Below, one piece after another: positions 46,074 to 54,051 of a stretch of 61,868 nucleotides of DNA. The notes under the pieces are model-generated. The model had not been told where the DNA came from and made no database searches. It worked only from the letters and a program-made list of their open reading frames with translations. The position numbers and the translations under genes were made by a program. Source of the DNA: Candidatus Saccharimonadales bacterium (lineage in GTDB: Bacteria > Patescibacteriota > Saccharimonadia > Saccharimonadales > JAGPDM01); NCBI GenBank assembly GCA_044227985.1, contig JBGAVT010000004.1:1-61868 (forward strand), written 5' to 3'. Positions within the stretch are counted from its first letter, which is position 1; every line of letters begins with the position of its first letter.

Positions 46074-46501
46074 TGAAATATATTCCGACCGAGGATCAGT
46101 TCATTTGTGTATTGAATAAGAAAATTGAAGTTGGACGAGCGCTTAATGCACTTGGACATATGACAGCTGGACTTATGTCACAACACGAAGACACTAGACG
46201 ATTTCGTTTTCAGCCATACTTTGATAATGATGGCGGTGAACACCCAAACCTTTCTGATAATGGATTTATTGTTTTACGGGCGAAGAATGGTAACCAGATT
46301 CGAAATTTACGAAATAATTTGATTGAAAATAAGATTATCTTTTCTGATTTCACGGATATGATGGTCGAAGGTACTTATTTTGACCAGCATGAGAGGATGA
46401 AATCGACGCCTGAAGCTGATCTCGAGTACTATGGCATTTGTTTTTTCATGAATGCTAAAGAGTCTCGAGAGTTAACTAAAAAATTCTCGCTTTATAGTTA
46501 G
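46073..46501 (+). CDS. DUF2000-like protein
   Basis: 142 aa. GRALNALGHMTAGL resembles the family core as I remember it. The TAATG overlap with ilvN implies co-translation. Confidence 0.45.
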   Translation: MKYIPTEDQFICVLNKKIEVGRALNALGHMTAGLMSQHEDTRRFRFQPYFDNDGGEHPNLSDNGFIVLRAKNGNQIRNLRNNLIENKIIFSDFTDMMVEGTYFDQHERMKSTPEADLEYYGICFFMNAKESRELTKKFSLYS

Positions 46502-46925
46502 TTTTTACCTCATCACTTTGCACCGGCAAAGTAACACAAAACTCTCTCACGCCTTCAAAACATGATGAAATGAACTTCATTTCACTCTCTGGCTCCTGCG
46601 GGACTCCTTTTAGTCGCCTTCGCTACACTCAGGTGGTCCTCGTCACGCAGCGAGCAAAACACAGCTCATTTCTCAGTTTTGGCGGATGCTCGATCTAGGC
46701 CGAAGACCACTGCCGATTTTGGCTTCGGGTCTAGGTATAAAAGAACCAAAGCCAGAATGTGAATGTAATAATACACAATAGTGACACAAATAGTGTTTGA
46801 GTAGCGAAGCTATGAGTTCTGTTTGTGATTGTTTATTTTACGATGAACATATCTAGCAACGTGACAGCCCAGTGGTTTTGTTACTTTTGACACTAAAAGT
46901 AGATGAATGAGAAATAATCACTGTA

Positions 46926-46945
46926 ATTGTGTTAGGTCACACAAT
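46926..46945. promoter_or_regulatory. perfect 7-6-7 palindrome ATTGTGT-N6-ACACAAT, candidate operator
   Basis: It lies 31-50 nt upstream of the TACAAT -10 of the CN-hydrolase gene, so it covers the -35 region. Confidence 0.35.
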
Positions 46946-46975
46946 CTGAATACTAAGTATTATGATTAGATAATG

Positions 46976-46981
46976 TACAAT
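46976..46981 (+). promoter_or_regulatory. -10 box (TACAAT) of putative leaderless promoter for CN-hydrolase
   Basis: TACAAT, then 6 nt (taggct), then ATG 46988. Confidence 0.4.
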
Positions 46982-46987
46982 TAGGCT

Positions 46988-47782
46988 ATGAATGTAGTGA
47001 CGGTTGCTTCGGATACGGTGTGGCGGAATACAGATGCTAACTTAAAAATGCATGCCGAGCATGTAGAAAAGGTTATGAAAAAATGGCCAAAAACTGATGT
47101 TATTCTCTTCCCAGAGATGAGCCTATCGGGTTTCGTTGTTGATGAATCAAATCTTGAAATTGCCGAGGTGCTCGAAGATAAAGTATTGTCTGGAATCGGT
47201 TTAATTGACAAAAAATATAATGTAAATATCATTGCTGGTTTGGCGGAAAAGAATCCTAGTGGAGGCCGTCCTTTTAATACTGCTTTTGTTGTCAATCGAG
47301 CAGGAGAGCTCGTTACTAAATATCACAAGAATCATCTCTTTACCGAGTCTGATGAAGTCAGCACTATTTGTGCTGGTGACAATCTGGCCGTTTTTGACCT
47401 TGAAGGTTGGAAATGTGGTCTAAGTATTTGTTTTGACATCCGTTTCCCCGAGCTGTTTCGAACCTACAAAAAAGCTGGAGTCGAGATTATGTTTTCACTA
47501 TTTAATTGGGTAGAGGGCAGAAATAAGCCAGCTATAATGGAAAATCTAATCAAATCACGTGCTACCGAAAATCAGTTTTTCTTTGCTGCGGTCGACCGAA
47601 CTGGCAGCGACCCAAATACTAGCTACTACGGAACTAGCGTCATCAGTAATCCCTATTGTGAGGATAACTCTGAACGTGACGGAATCTATGCTTATGCTGA
47701 GCTAGATAAAAACGATATTAAAACTATCTCAAGTATTTTACCTCTTGAAGGTAGTTATAAGTCTGACTATAAGCTTGGCTGA
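46988..47782 (+). CDS. carbon-nitrogen hydrolase (nitrilase superfamily)
   Basis: 264 aa. E (FPEMS), K (YHKNHLF) and C (LSICFDIRFPE) match the catalytic triad contexts. Confidence 0.85.
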   Translation: MNVVTVASDTVWRNTDANLKMHAEHVEKVMKKWPKTDVILFPEMSLSGFVVDESNLEIAEVLEDKVLSGIGLIDKKYNVNIIAGLAEKNPSGGRPFNTAFVVNRAGELVTKYHKNHLFTESDEVSTICAGDNLAVFDLEGWKCGLSICFDIRFPELFRTYKKAGVEIMFSLFNWVEGRNKPAIMENLIKSRATENQFFFAAVDRTGSDPNTSYYGTSVISNPYCEDNSERDGIYAYAELDKNDIKTISSILPLEGSYKSDYKLG

Positions 47783-47791
47783 TGGTATACT
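47783..47791 (+). promoter_or_regulatory. extended -10 (TGgTATACT) of putative leaderless promoter for FKBP gene
   Basis: TGGTATACT, then 7 nt, then ATG 47799. It lies across the 3' end and stop codon of the preceding gene. Confidence 0.4.
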
Positions 47792-47798
47792 TGAAGGC

Positions 47799-48191
47799 AT
47801 GAGCAAAAAACGATTATTTCCAAAACTAGAAGGCACGAAACTAGAAGACTTTGAACCAACTGATGAGATTGCTGAGCTGTCTTTTAAAGACACCAAAGTA
47901 GGTGAGGGCGAAGAAGTCCCCGAAGACGCTCGGGTAAAAGTAAACTACACCGGTGCGCTCGCTAAAGATGGCACAATTTTTCAGAGCTCACATGATATGA
48001 ACCGAGCAATTAGCTTTGGTCTTTACGAAGTTATTAAAGGCTGGCAAGAGGGCGTTCCCGGTATGAAAGTCGGTGGTACCCGTCGAATTTTCATCCCGAG
48101 TGAAATGGCCTACGGTTCGTCATCACCAGCCAAAAATATCCCAAAAAACTCCGACCTCGTTTTCGACATCGAACTCCTCGAAATTCTTTAA
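47799..48191 (+). CDS. FKBP-type peptidyl-prolyl cis-trans isomerase
   Basis: VNYTGAL.DGT.F.SS and VIKGWQEGVPGMKVGGTRRIFIPSEMAYG are classic FKBP motifs. ATG 47799 is used rather than the ORF-track start at 47745. Confidence 0.9.
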   Translation: MSKKRLFPKLEGTKLEDFEPTDEIAELSFKDTKVGEGEEVPEDARVKVNYTGALAKDGTIFQSSHDMNRAISFGLYEVIKGWQEGVPGMKVGGTRRIFIPSEMAYGSSSPAKNIPKNSDLVFDIELLEIL

Positions 48192-48347
48192 CGTACATAA
48201 TTAGTTTAATAACAATTTTTGATAATTTTAGTTTAAGATCTCTCTAGTCCGCTACGTCAACAGGTTTTGAGGACCATCAAATTCAATTAATCTACTCATA
48301 ATTATCTTTTAGGGTGGAGCACTTGTGATTTAAAGTAAAATACTTTA

Positions 48348-48376
48348 TTGACAAATATTATACTTAGTGCTATATT
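48348..48376 (+). promoter_or_regulatory. promoter cassette copy 1: TTGACA-N17-TATATT
   Basis: aTTGACAAATAT-tatacttag-TGCTATATT has a consensus -35, a 17-nt spacer and an extended -10. It shares the 12-mer and spacing with the copies at 49540 and 53970. Confidence 0.65.
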
Positions 48377-48420
48377 ACAAACTGTTAGATAAAAACAAAA
48401 AAATAAAAAGGTTATCAAAT

Positions 48421-49527
48421 ATGATTGCAACTGTAACTCCAATTCGACCAGATATACATGTTCCAGGTGAACATGATCCAACACAGCAGCTTGGAACATT
48501 GCTCGACCCAGAAGCATCAGGGTTTGATACTTCAGATGATCTTGGTAGTGAAGTTTCAGCAGGAAAGAACCCTGACTGGTTAGAAAGAGGGACTTTCGAT
48601 ACCGAAGAGAGCCAGATTGATGCGGCGACTTCTGCGGCTGCCTTTTCTTATGAGATTTTACAGTCGTTCATTGAACAAGTAGTTACAGTTCAAACCTTAT
48701 TAGATGCTTTTACTGATAAAATGGCCGAAATTAGCGATACCGATGTAGCCTTACCTTTACAGAGAGAATTCCGTCGAGCGTTGAGCAATGGTGGAAATAA
48801 GACTGTCGATGCCAGTGATGGAACTATAATGGATATCTTCGGACAAACTGTTGCTGCGAAAATTAGGGCTAATAGAGATGGAACCGAGCTGGATCTAGAT
48901 ATTCCTACGGTCGATCCAGCACTTTTGGTAGACTTGAGACCCTTGCGTGCTACTGAGCAAGAACTACGTCAAACAGAGACAGTGCCAGAGGTTCCGCCTA
49001 TCGATACGGATTTTACTGCGTACACAACTCGAGAGAATACTGATGTAGTTGATCAAATAAGCCGCCCTGCACCTGCAGGTAGTTTAGACGTGCCCGAATT
49101 TGAAGAAGGACCAAAAAGGCGTGGCCGGTTATCAGGAGTACTTGGTTCACTTGCTGGCAGTGTAGGTGAAACAACTGGCGCATTTCGTAAAGCCTACGAT
49201 GAAGCAGTCGAGCGAGCACAAGAACCTAGAACTCCTCAAGAACAAGCTGTTGAAACAAATACTGAGCCAAATGAACCTGAAGCGGGCAAGAACACTTTAG
49301 GTACTACTACAGCAACAGTTGCTCCAGATATCGAGACTAGAGCTCAAGATCCGCAGGCTGATGTAGATGTGGTAGATAGTCAACCGACAGATGAATCACA
49401 AACCAGCAGCCATAGTATTGGAGGAGCTTTCAGGGCTCGTCGACAAGCGAATAAACAAAGAATACAAGATGAACGAGATGCGCTAGAAGCTGCTTCCAGG
49501 GCATCAGTATTAGCTGAGAGAAGATAA
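48421..49527 (+). CDS. acidic hypothetical protein (368 aa), orphan-locus gene 1
   Basis: ATG 48421 (MIATVTPIRPD...) lies downstream of promoter copy 1. The ORF-track GTG 48367 overlaps the -10. The protein is D/E/T-rich with no hydrophobic span and no motif recognised. Confidence 0.6.
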   Translation: MIATVTPIRPDIHVPGEHDPTQQLGTLLDPEASGFDTSDDLGSEVSAGKNPDWLERGTFDTEESQIDAATSAAAFSYEILQSFIEQVVTVQTLLDAFTDKMAEISDTDVALPLQREFRRALSNGGNKTVDASDGTIMDIFGQTVAAKIRANRDGTELDLDIPTVDPALLVDLRPLRATEQELRQTETVPEVPPIDTDFTAYTTRENTDVVDQISRPAPAGSLDVPEFEEGPKRRGRLSGVLGSLAGSVGETTGAFRKAYDEAVERAQEPRTPQEQAVETNTEPNEPEAGKNTLGTTTATVAPDIETRAQDPQADVDVVDSQPTDESQTSSHSIGGAFRARRQANKQRIQDERDALEAASRASVLAERR

Positions 49528-49539
49528 GAAATAATGATA

Positions 49540-49568
49540 TTGACAAATATGACATATTTTGCTATTAT
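49540..49568 (+). promoter_or_regulatory. promoter cassette copy 2: TTGACA-N17-TATTAT
   Basis: aTTGACAAATAT-gacatattt-TGCTATTAT. Confidence 0.65.
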
Positions 49569-49617
49569 AATACCAGTGAAATTTAAGCACTAGAACTAAC
49601 CACTAAGGAAAACCACT

Positions 49618-51183
49618 ATGGACGCACTAAACCCAAACTCTAGCCCAGATCAAGACCCTAACCTTGTTAGTCCTGAAGTTGGTGTTTCACCAGAAGTTCT
49701 GGCTGATCTTAAATCATGGGAAGCAATTGTAGAACAGACTAAAATCTTACTAGAGGCTTCAAATCGCCCGAATGTACACAATGATCCTAATTTTAGGCAT
49801 TCAAAGTCAATAGTAACTTTGAATGATGGTACTAATCTATCTACGATAGGATTATATAGTAACTTGAGGGGTGGCCGTCTTGCGCCAGGAGATATTTCTC
49901 TGTCAATAGAACAAAAGGTAGATGGAAACAATCTTCCGATTGGTCAAAGAGTCACTCGAGTGGAGGGTCATGGTTCCCAAATAGGCTTGTTTGGAAAGAT
50001 AGAAGAAACAGACGGAACTACAAAGATAACATTGGAGAGAGATGACGTAAATCTCACACACCGAGAAAATATTGAAGTTACTATCACTCCGAATGATGAC
50101 GGCTCTGAGCGTGTTGAGTTGATTAGCGAACTGGACGATGAAAATTCTTATATAGTTAATCCAGATTATGACCCGTGGGTAGGCAATGAGAAATACTTAA
50201 AAATCGAAAAGCCAGTTTCAGTTGCCGATAGAATTGCAAAGAAAATGGATGTAAAGAATAGTAGATTGTGGAAGGCTATTTCTACTAGATTCGATAAACG
50301 TCAAGCTAGAAACAATGGTGACAACCAACCACAAGATGGCTCAGTTGAGCCTGACTCAGAGCTAATGAGAAACATAAAAGGGTCAATCGCAACAGTCCCA
50401 GCTGCATTAGTTGCGGGTGTTGGAATGGTTGTGCTTGGTAAATTCGGATACGGGCTTGTGAGTAATCCAGAAAAAGCAGTTAACTTAGCTAACAATGGCG
50501 TGATAGAAAGAGGCAAGGAACTACTTGGTGATCCTTGGAGCATTGTCGTAGGTCTTGGCCGATCAGCAACAACTGGTGCGTTTTTCGCAGGTGCAACAAC
50601 TGGTCTTTTGGGTGATGCTCAGCTAGTAGATAACCCTTTTTCCAAGGATCGAGATCCACGAGGACTTGCATCATATATGCCAGCAAAGGCTATGACTTGG
50701 ATTGAACGCGGTGAACAAACCAAGAGAAGTGAAGCAGCTGCAAAAAGGCGAGTAACTTGGGCGCTCGGTGCGGCAGCTAATTTTGCTCTTCTCGGGAATG
50801 GCCTTCCTGGTGTAGCGTACGGATTCGGAGCGCTTAGTGGCCGAATTGCAGGTCGGACATTGCAAAGATTTGGTCCTGGAGCATACGAATCCCTTATAAA
50901 TAAGATAAAAGGTGAAGGTGAAGATGAAGAGCAGACCCCAGACGATCAAACTGGTCCAACGCCTAATCAACCTCAGTCGCCACCACCTCCAGCAGCAAAT
51001 GATCCATCTCCTCCTAGCCCAGATGCCGGAACCCCACCACCATATGACCCACCTCGAGGTCGCCGCCCTGGTGGTCGACTGATAGGAGAACCTGCACCTG
51101 CTACCGGTGTTCCTGCACCCAACGTTGTTCCTGCAGTCGACCCAAGAGATCCACGTAATGGCCGTAATTCGAGCGTAATGTAG
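49618..51183 (+). CDS. hypothetical membrane-associated protein with Gly/Ala-rich hydrophobic segments and Pro-rich tail, orphan-locus gene 2
   Basis: 521 aa after SD AAGGA. Hydrophobic segments are IATVPAALVAGVGMVVLGKFGYGLV, IVVGLGRSATTGAFFAGATTGLLG and WALGAAANFALLGNGLPGVAYGFGAL. The tail reads PPPPAANDPSPPSPDAGTPPPYDPP. Confidence 0.65.
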   Translation: MDALNPNSSPDQDPNLVSPEVGVSPEVLADLKSWEAIVEQTKILLEASNRPNVHNDPNFRHSKSIVTLNDGTNLSTIGLYSNLRGGRLAPGDISLSIEQKVDGNNLPIGQRVTRVEGHGSQIGLFGKIEETDGTTKITLERDDVNLTHRENIEVTITPNDDGSERVELISELDDENSYIVNPDYDPWVGNEKYLKIEKPVSVADRIAKKMDVKNSRLWKAISTRFDKRQARNNGDNQPQDGSVEPDSELMRNIKGSIATVPAALVAGVGMVVLGKFGYGLVSNPEKAVNLANNGVIERGKELLGDPWSIVVGLGRSATTGAFFAGATTGLLGDAQLVDNPFSKDRDPRGLASYMPAKAMTWIERGEQTKRSEAAAKRRVTWALGAAANFALLGNGLPGVAYGFGALSGRIAGRTLQRFGPGAYESLINKIKGEGEDEEQTPDDQTGPTPNQPQSPPPPAANDPSPPSPDAGTPPPYDPPRGRRPGGRLIGEPAPATGVPAPNVVPAVDPRDPRNGRNSSVM

Positions 51184-51199
51184 GGTATAGGAGAATATC

Positions 51200-53551
51200 A
51201 TGCCAATGCCAATGCCCGATCATGACCCAGCTACTTTGCCAACAGAGCGAGAGTGGCTAATTGCCCATAGTGATCAAGATATAATAAACGGTTTAGTCGA
51301 GGGTTATACCCGATTAGATGAGTTCGATAATGTTTGGCATGACCCTGCTACTGGCGAAACAGAGAAGGTTAGTGGAAATGCACAAGCGATACAGGAGAAA
51401 CTTTTACACGACGGTGAGACCCCAGATGGCATCATTGGACAAAGTGATCTTGAAGCTATCAGTCTTAAAACAGTCGGAGAGTATTTAAAACTTTTAAATT
51501 CGGCTACGTATAGTACTGGAGCAAGCCGCTTCGTTCATGAAAAACAAACAATCGACAAGAAGGTCAGAAAACAAAAGAATCTAGATACGGCCAGTCCTGA
51601 GGATGTCGCTGCATTTGATAACTTACTTCACAGAGTCACTGTCAGAACAACGCTTGATCACTTGAGCCTTGATTCACAAGGTGACCCAAGAGTTTATACA
51701 AGTTCTGATGAATATAACCAAGCTCGTGATCGAGTCACGGCAGTGGTAAATGAAGCACAGAACGCACCGTTCTATCAAAACATGTCACCAAATGAAAAGT
51801 TAAATTGGCGCAATAACATCATTAATACTTTCGAAAGTACTGCTGTGGATGAAGAGGCAAACACTGCAGCCACTGAAGCTGCAGCTGAGGCAGCCCGAGC
51901 AGCAACACTGAGTACCGCGGAACTAGATCTCGCGACCCAGCGAAGGTTGCTAGCAAGCGATGCGGTTAAGACGAGCCGAACATTCGGTAGCCTGCGAATT
52001 TTAAAAAGACGTGGTGAGCGTAGAAGATCTAAAGAGCGATATCTCGGAGCTGCTGAAACAGTTCGCCAAACACAGATTGAGAACGAGATTGCTAATGGAG
52101 ATATCCCGAATACACCCGAAGCAATTATAATCCGAAACTCACAACTAGAGGCAAAAGAAGATGCTCTTCGTATCGCCGAAGTTGGTGTGTCAATGCAAAA
52201 TGACGGATTGAAGCAACAGGCTGATGGTAGTACCAACGACATAAATGCCGGTTCACGATACTATCGGATGGTGCTACGTGCCGCAAAAGGTTGGAGAAAT
52301 CTTCCTTGGTGGGGAAAAAGTCTTTCGACTGCTGCGATCGGTGTTGCTGGTGCTGGCGCCGCTCTTCTTGGCGGTCCGGTTTTGGTTATCGCTCCAGTGG
52401 TTACGGCCCTACGATCTGCTCCAGCAATTAACGCACTCCGCACTAAAGAGGAAAGCATGTCAGAGCATAAGCGATGGAATAAATTAGGCCACCGTACCGA
52501 GAAGCTTGGTAAACGTATCGTGAAAGCTGTACGGGGAACCACACCAGAAGAAGTTGTTAAATCATCAAGACGTGCGACTGAAAAGGAAATCAATGCCGAC
52601 TTTAGAGGCGAGAGGATACGAACTACAAGAAAACTAATCGGAAGAGTATTAGTAACTGCAGTTCTTGGTAAAGGCGCTGCTTACGCTGGAGAGTATATCT
52701 CCGACCATGCAGAAGGAATTAGGGACGGATTGGGCGATATCGGGAGCTGGTTTGGTGATGCGGCTGATAAAGTCCATGAATGGTTACCAGGAGACTACCT
52801 TGCCAAGAAAGATATCGACTTACAGTCACTTCTTTCTGGCGGTAAGATTCGCCCTGATACTCCAGAGTGGGATGCTGCCGTACATATGCTACAGAGTCAT
52901 CAGGCTAGCGGCAGAAACGCTGATCATTTAGCCAGATTACTACCAGGTTTTGACGATCCTAAATTAGTCGATAATATGTCTGATGTTAAAGAACAGATGC
53001 GAGCTGTCTATGAGTCATGGAGCCCTGAGAAACGTTTCGCATGGGGTCACTTTATAGAGTCAAATGCTGGAGAAAAATGGCAGCAAATGGCCGACCTACG
53101 TGGACCTGGAGTAGTTCGTGATGCGATTGGCCGAGTTGTTGAAGCCCAATCACAGGATCCACTTCACATCCAACAAATGGATGCCGTTACTCAGTTAGCA
53201 CGTAATTTCCCTAACTCGCCTAATATAACCTATGAACTTGGTAGATTACAGAGCGTACTCCCAAGTAGAAACGATATCTTTGATAATGGTGGTATATTTA
53301 GTACACCTGAGTACATTGCTAGCAATAGTCCAAATGTAGCAGAACAGATGAACGGATTCCTCGGACATCTTCAATCGATTATTGGTGGAGGAAATCAAGC
53401 AGCAATTGATCAGGTAGTAAATAATCCTGATACATACCTAAATACTGGTCACGATGGTTTCCTTGCGTCACAATTAGGTGAGCTAAAAGGCAAAACTGGA
53501 GGCGATCTAGTCGCTGCTATCAGTAGCCTGAAAACTAGATATGGCTTTTAA
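51200..53551 (+). CDS. large hypothetical protein with central hydrophobic hairpin, orphan-locus gene 3
   Basis: 783 aa after SD AGGAG. Contains WWGKSLSTAAIGVAGAGAALLGGPVLVIAPVVTAL. No motif recognised. Confidence 0.65.
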   Translation: MPMPMPDHDPATLPTEREWLIAHSDQDIINGLVEGYTRLDEFDNVWHDPATGETEKVSGNAQAIQEKLLHDGETPDGIIGQSDLEAISLKTVGEYLKLLNSATYSTGASRFVHEKQTIDKKVRKQKNLDTASPEDVAAFDNLLHRVTVRTTLDHLSLDSQGDPRVYTSSDEYNQARDRVTAVVNEAQNAPFYQNMSPNEKLNWRNNIINTFESTAVDEEANTAATEAAAEAARAATLSTAELDLATQRRLLASDAVKTSRTFGSLRILKRRGERRRSKERYLGAAETVRQTQIENEIANGDIPNTPEAIIIRNSQLEAKEDALRIAEVGVSMQNDGLKQQADGSTNDINAGSRYYRMVLRAAKGWRNLPWWGKSLSTAAIGVAGAGAALLGGPVLVIAPVVTALRSAPAINALRTKEESMSEHKRWNKLGHRTEKLGKRIVKAVRGTTPEEVVKSSRRATEKEINADFRGERIRTTRKLIGRVLVTAVLGKGAAYAGEYISDHAEGIRDGLGDIGSWFGDAADKVHEWLPGDYLAKKDIDLQSLLSGGKIRPDTPEWDAAVHMLQSHQASGRNADHLARLLPGFDDPKLVDNMSDVKEQMRAVYESWSPEKRFAWGHFIESNAGEKWQQMADLRGPGVVRDAIGRVVEAQSQDPLHIQQMDAVTQLARNFPNSPNITYELGRLQSVLPSRNDIFDNGGIFSTPEYIASNSPNVAEQMNGFLGHLQSIIGGGNQAAIDQVVNNPDTYLNTGHDGFLASQLGELKGKTGGDLVAAISSLKTRYGF

Positions 53552-53567
53552 CACATAAGGAGAAACA

Positions 53568-53915
53568 ATGAACGAAAACAAAAATCAATTAGTCGAAGAA
53601 AAATTAGCAGAAATATTAAAATCTTTAGGGTATGAAAATGCCAGTACTGAACAAACTGCCGAGTTTGCCACGGATTTCATGACAGTTGTTCAAAGCAGGG
53701 CTTTCCTTCGGCTTGAAGAATACCTGAAAACCGAAGAAAACCTGGCAAAGATGGATGCTCTACAGACGCAATATGGTGATATGGCACCGGAAGTTGTTCA
53801 ATTTCTATCTTCCATCGGCTACGATTATTTTGATGTCTTTTTGCTGGAGATGGACATCTACGCTGGTGAGCTAAGGGAGAGCAACGATGAAATGCTCGCT
53901 CACTTTGCAGAGTAG
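53568..53915 (+). CDS. small acidic protein (115 aa), orphan-locus gene 4, paralog of 55696-56025
   Basis: SD AAGGAG. Shares LKSLG near the N-terminus and GEL(R/A)E near the C-terminus with the 109-aa protein. Confidence 0.6.
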   Translation: MNENKNQLVEEKLAEILKSLGYENASTEQTAEFATDFMTVVQSRAFLRLEEYLKTEENLAKMDALQTQYGDMAPEVVQFLSSIGYDYFDVFLLEMDIYAGELRESNDEMLAHFAE

Positions 53916-53969
53916 ACTATATTTAATCTCAACCATTTATCGAAATACTATAAAGTATGATTTAATATA

Positions 53970-53998
53970 TTGACAAATATGCAATGATTTGCTATTGT
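53970..53998 (+). promoter_or_regulatory. promoter cassette copy 3: TTGACA-N17-TATTGT
   Basis: aTTGACAAATAT-gcaatgatt-TGCTATTGT. Confidence 0.6.
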
Positions 53999-54051
53999 AT
54001 ACTTACGTTATAAATAAAAAACAAAAATCGTAAAACAAAAAAAGGAAAAAC

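Noticed and set aside
46590-46615. SRP-RNA-like helix 8 on the minus strand (GGAGTCC-CGCA-GGAGCCAG)
   Set aside because: It lacks the GNRA tetraloop and the AGCAGC/CAGG symmetric-loop consensus. The resemblance is superficial.
46901-46910. AGATGAATGA, identical to a conserved RNase P RNA segment (E. coli M1 has UAGAUGAAUGA)
   Set aside because: Neither strand of the gap contains the hallmark P4 elements (GGAAAGTCCGGGC-like, ACAGAAnCCGGCTTA-like). A 10-mer match alone is expected by chance.
50671-51201. 176-aa W/R/C-rich minus-strand ORF
   Set aside because: It is antisense to the proline-rich (CCN-rich) tail of the 521-aa protein. Its composition is a mirror artefact, and it has no SD.
51775-52593. 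Minus-strand ORFs of 155 and 110 aa inside the 783-aa gene
   Set aside because: These are Ala/Ser/Arg-rich mirror frames of a GC-rich sense gene. The plus-strand ORF is far longer and is SD-led.
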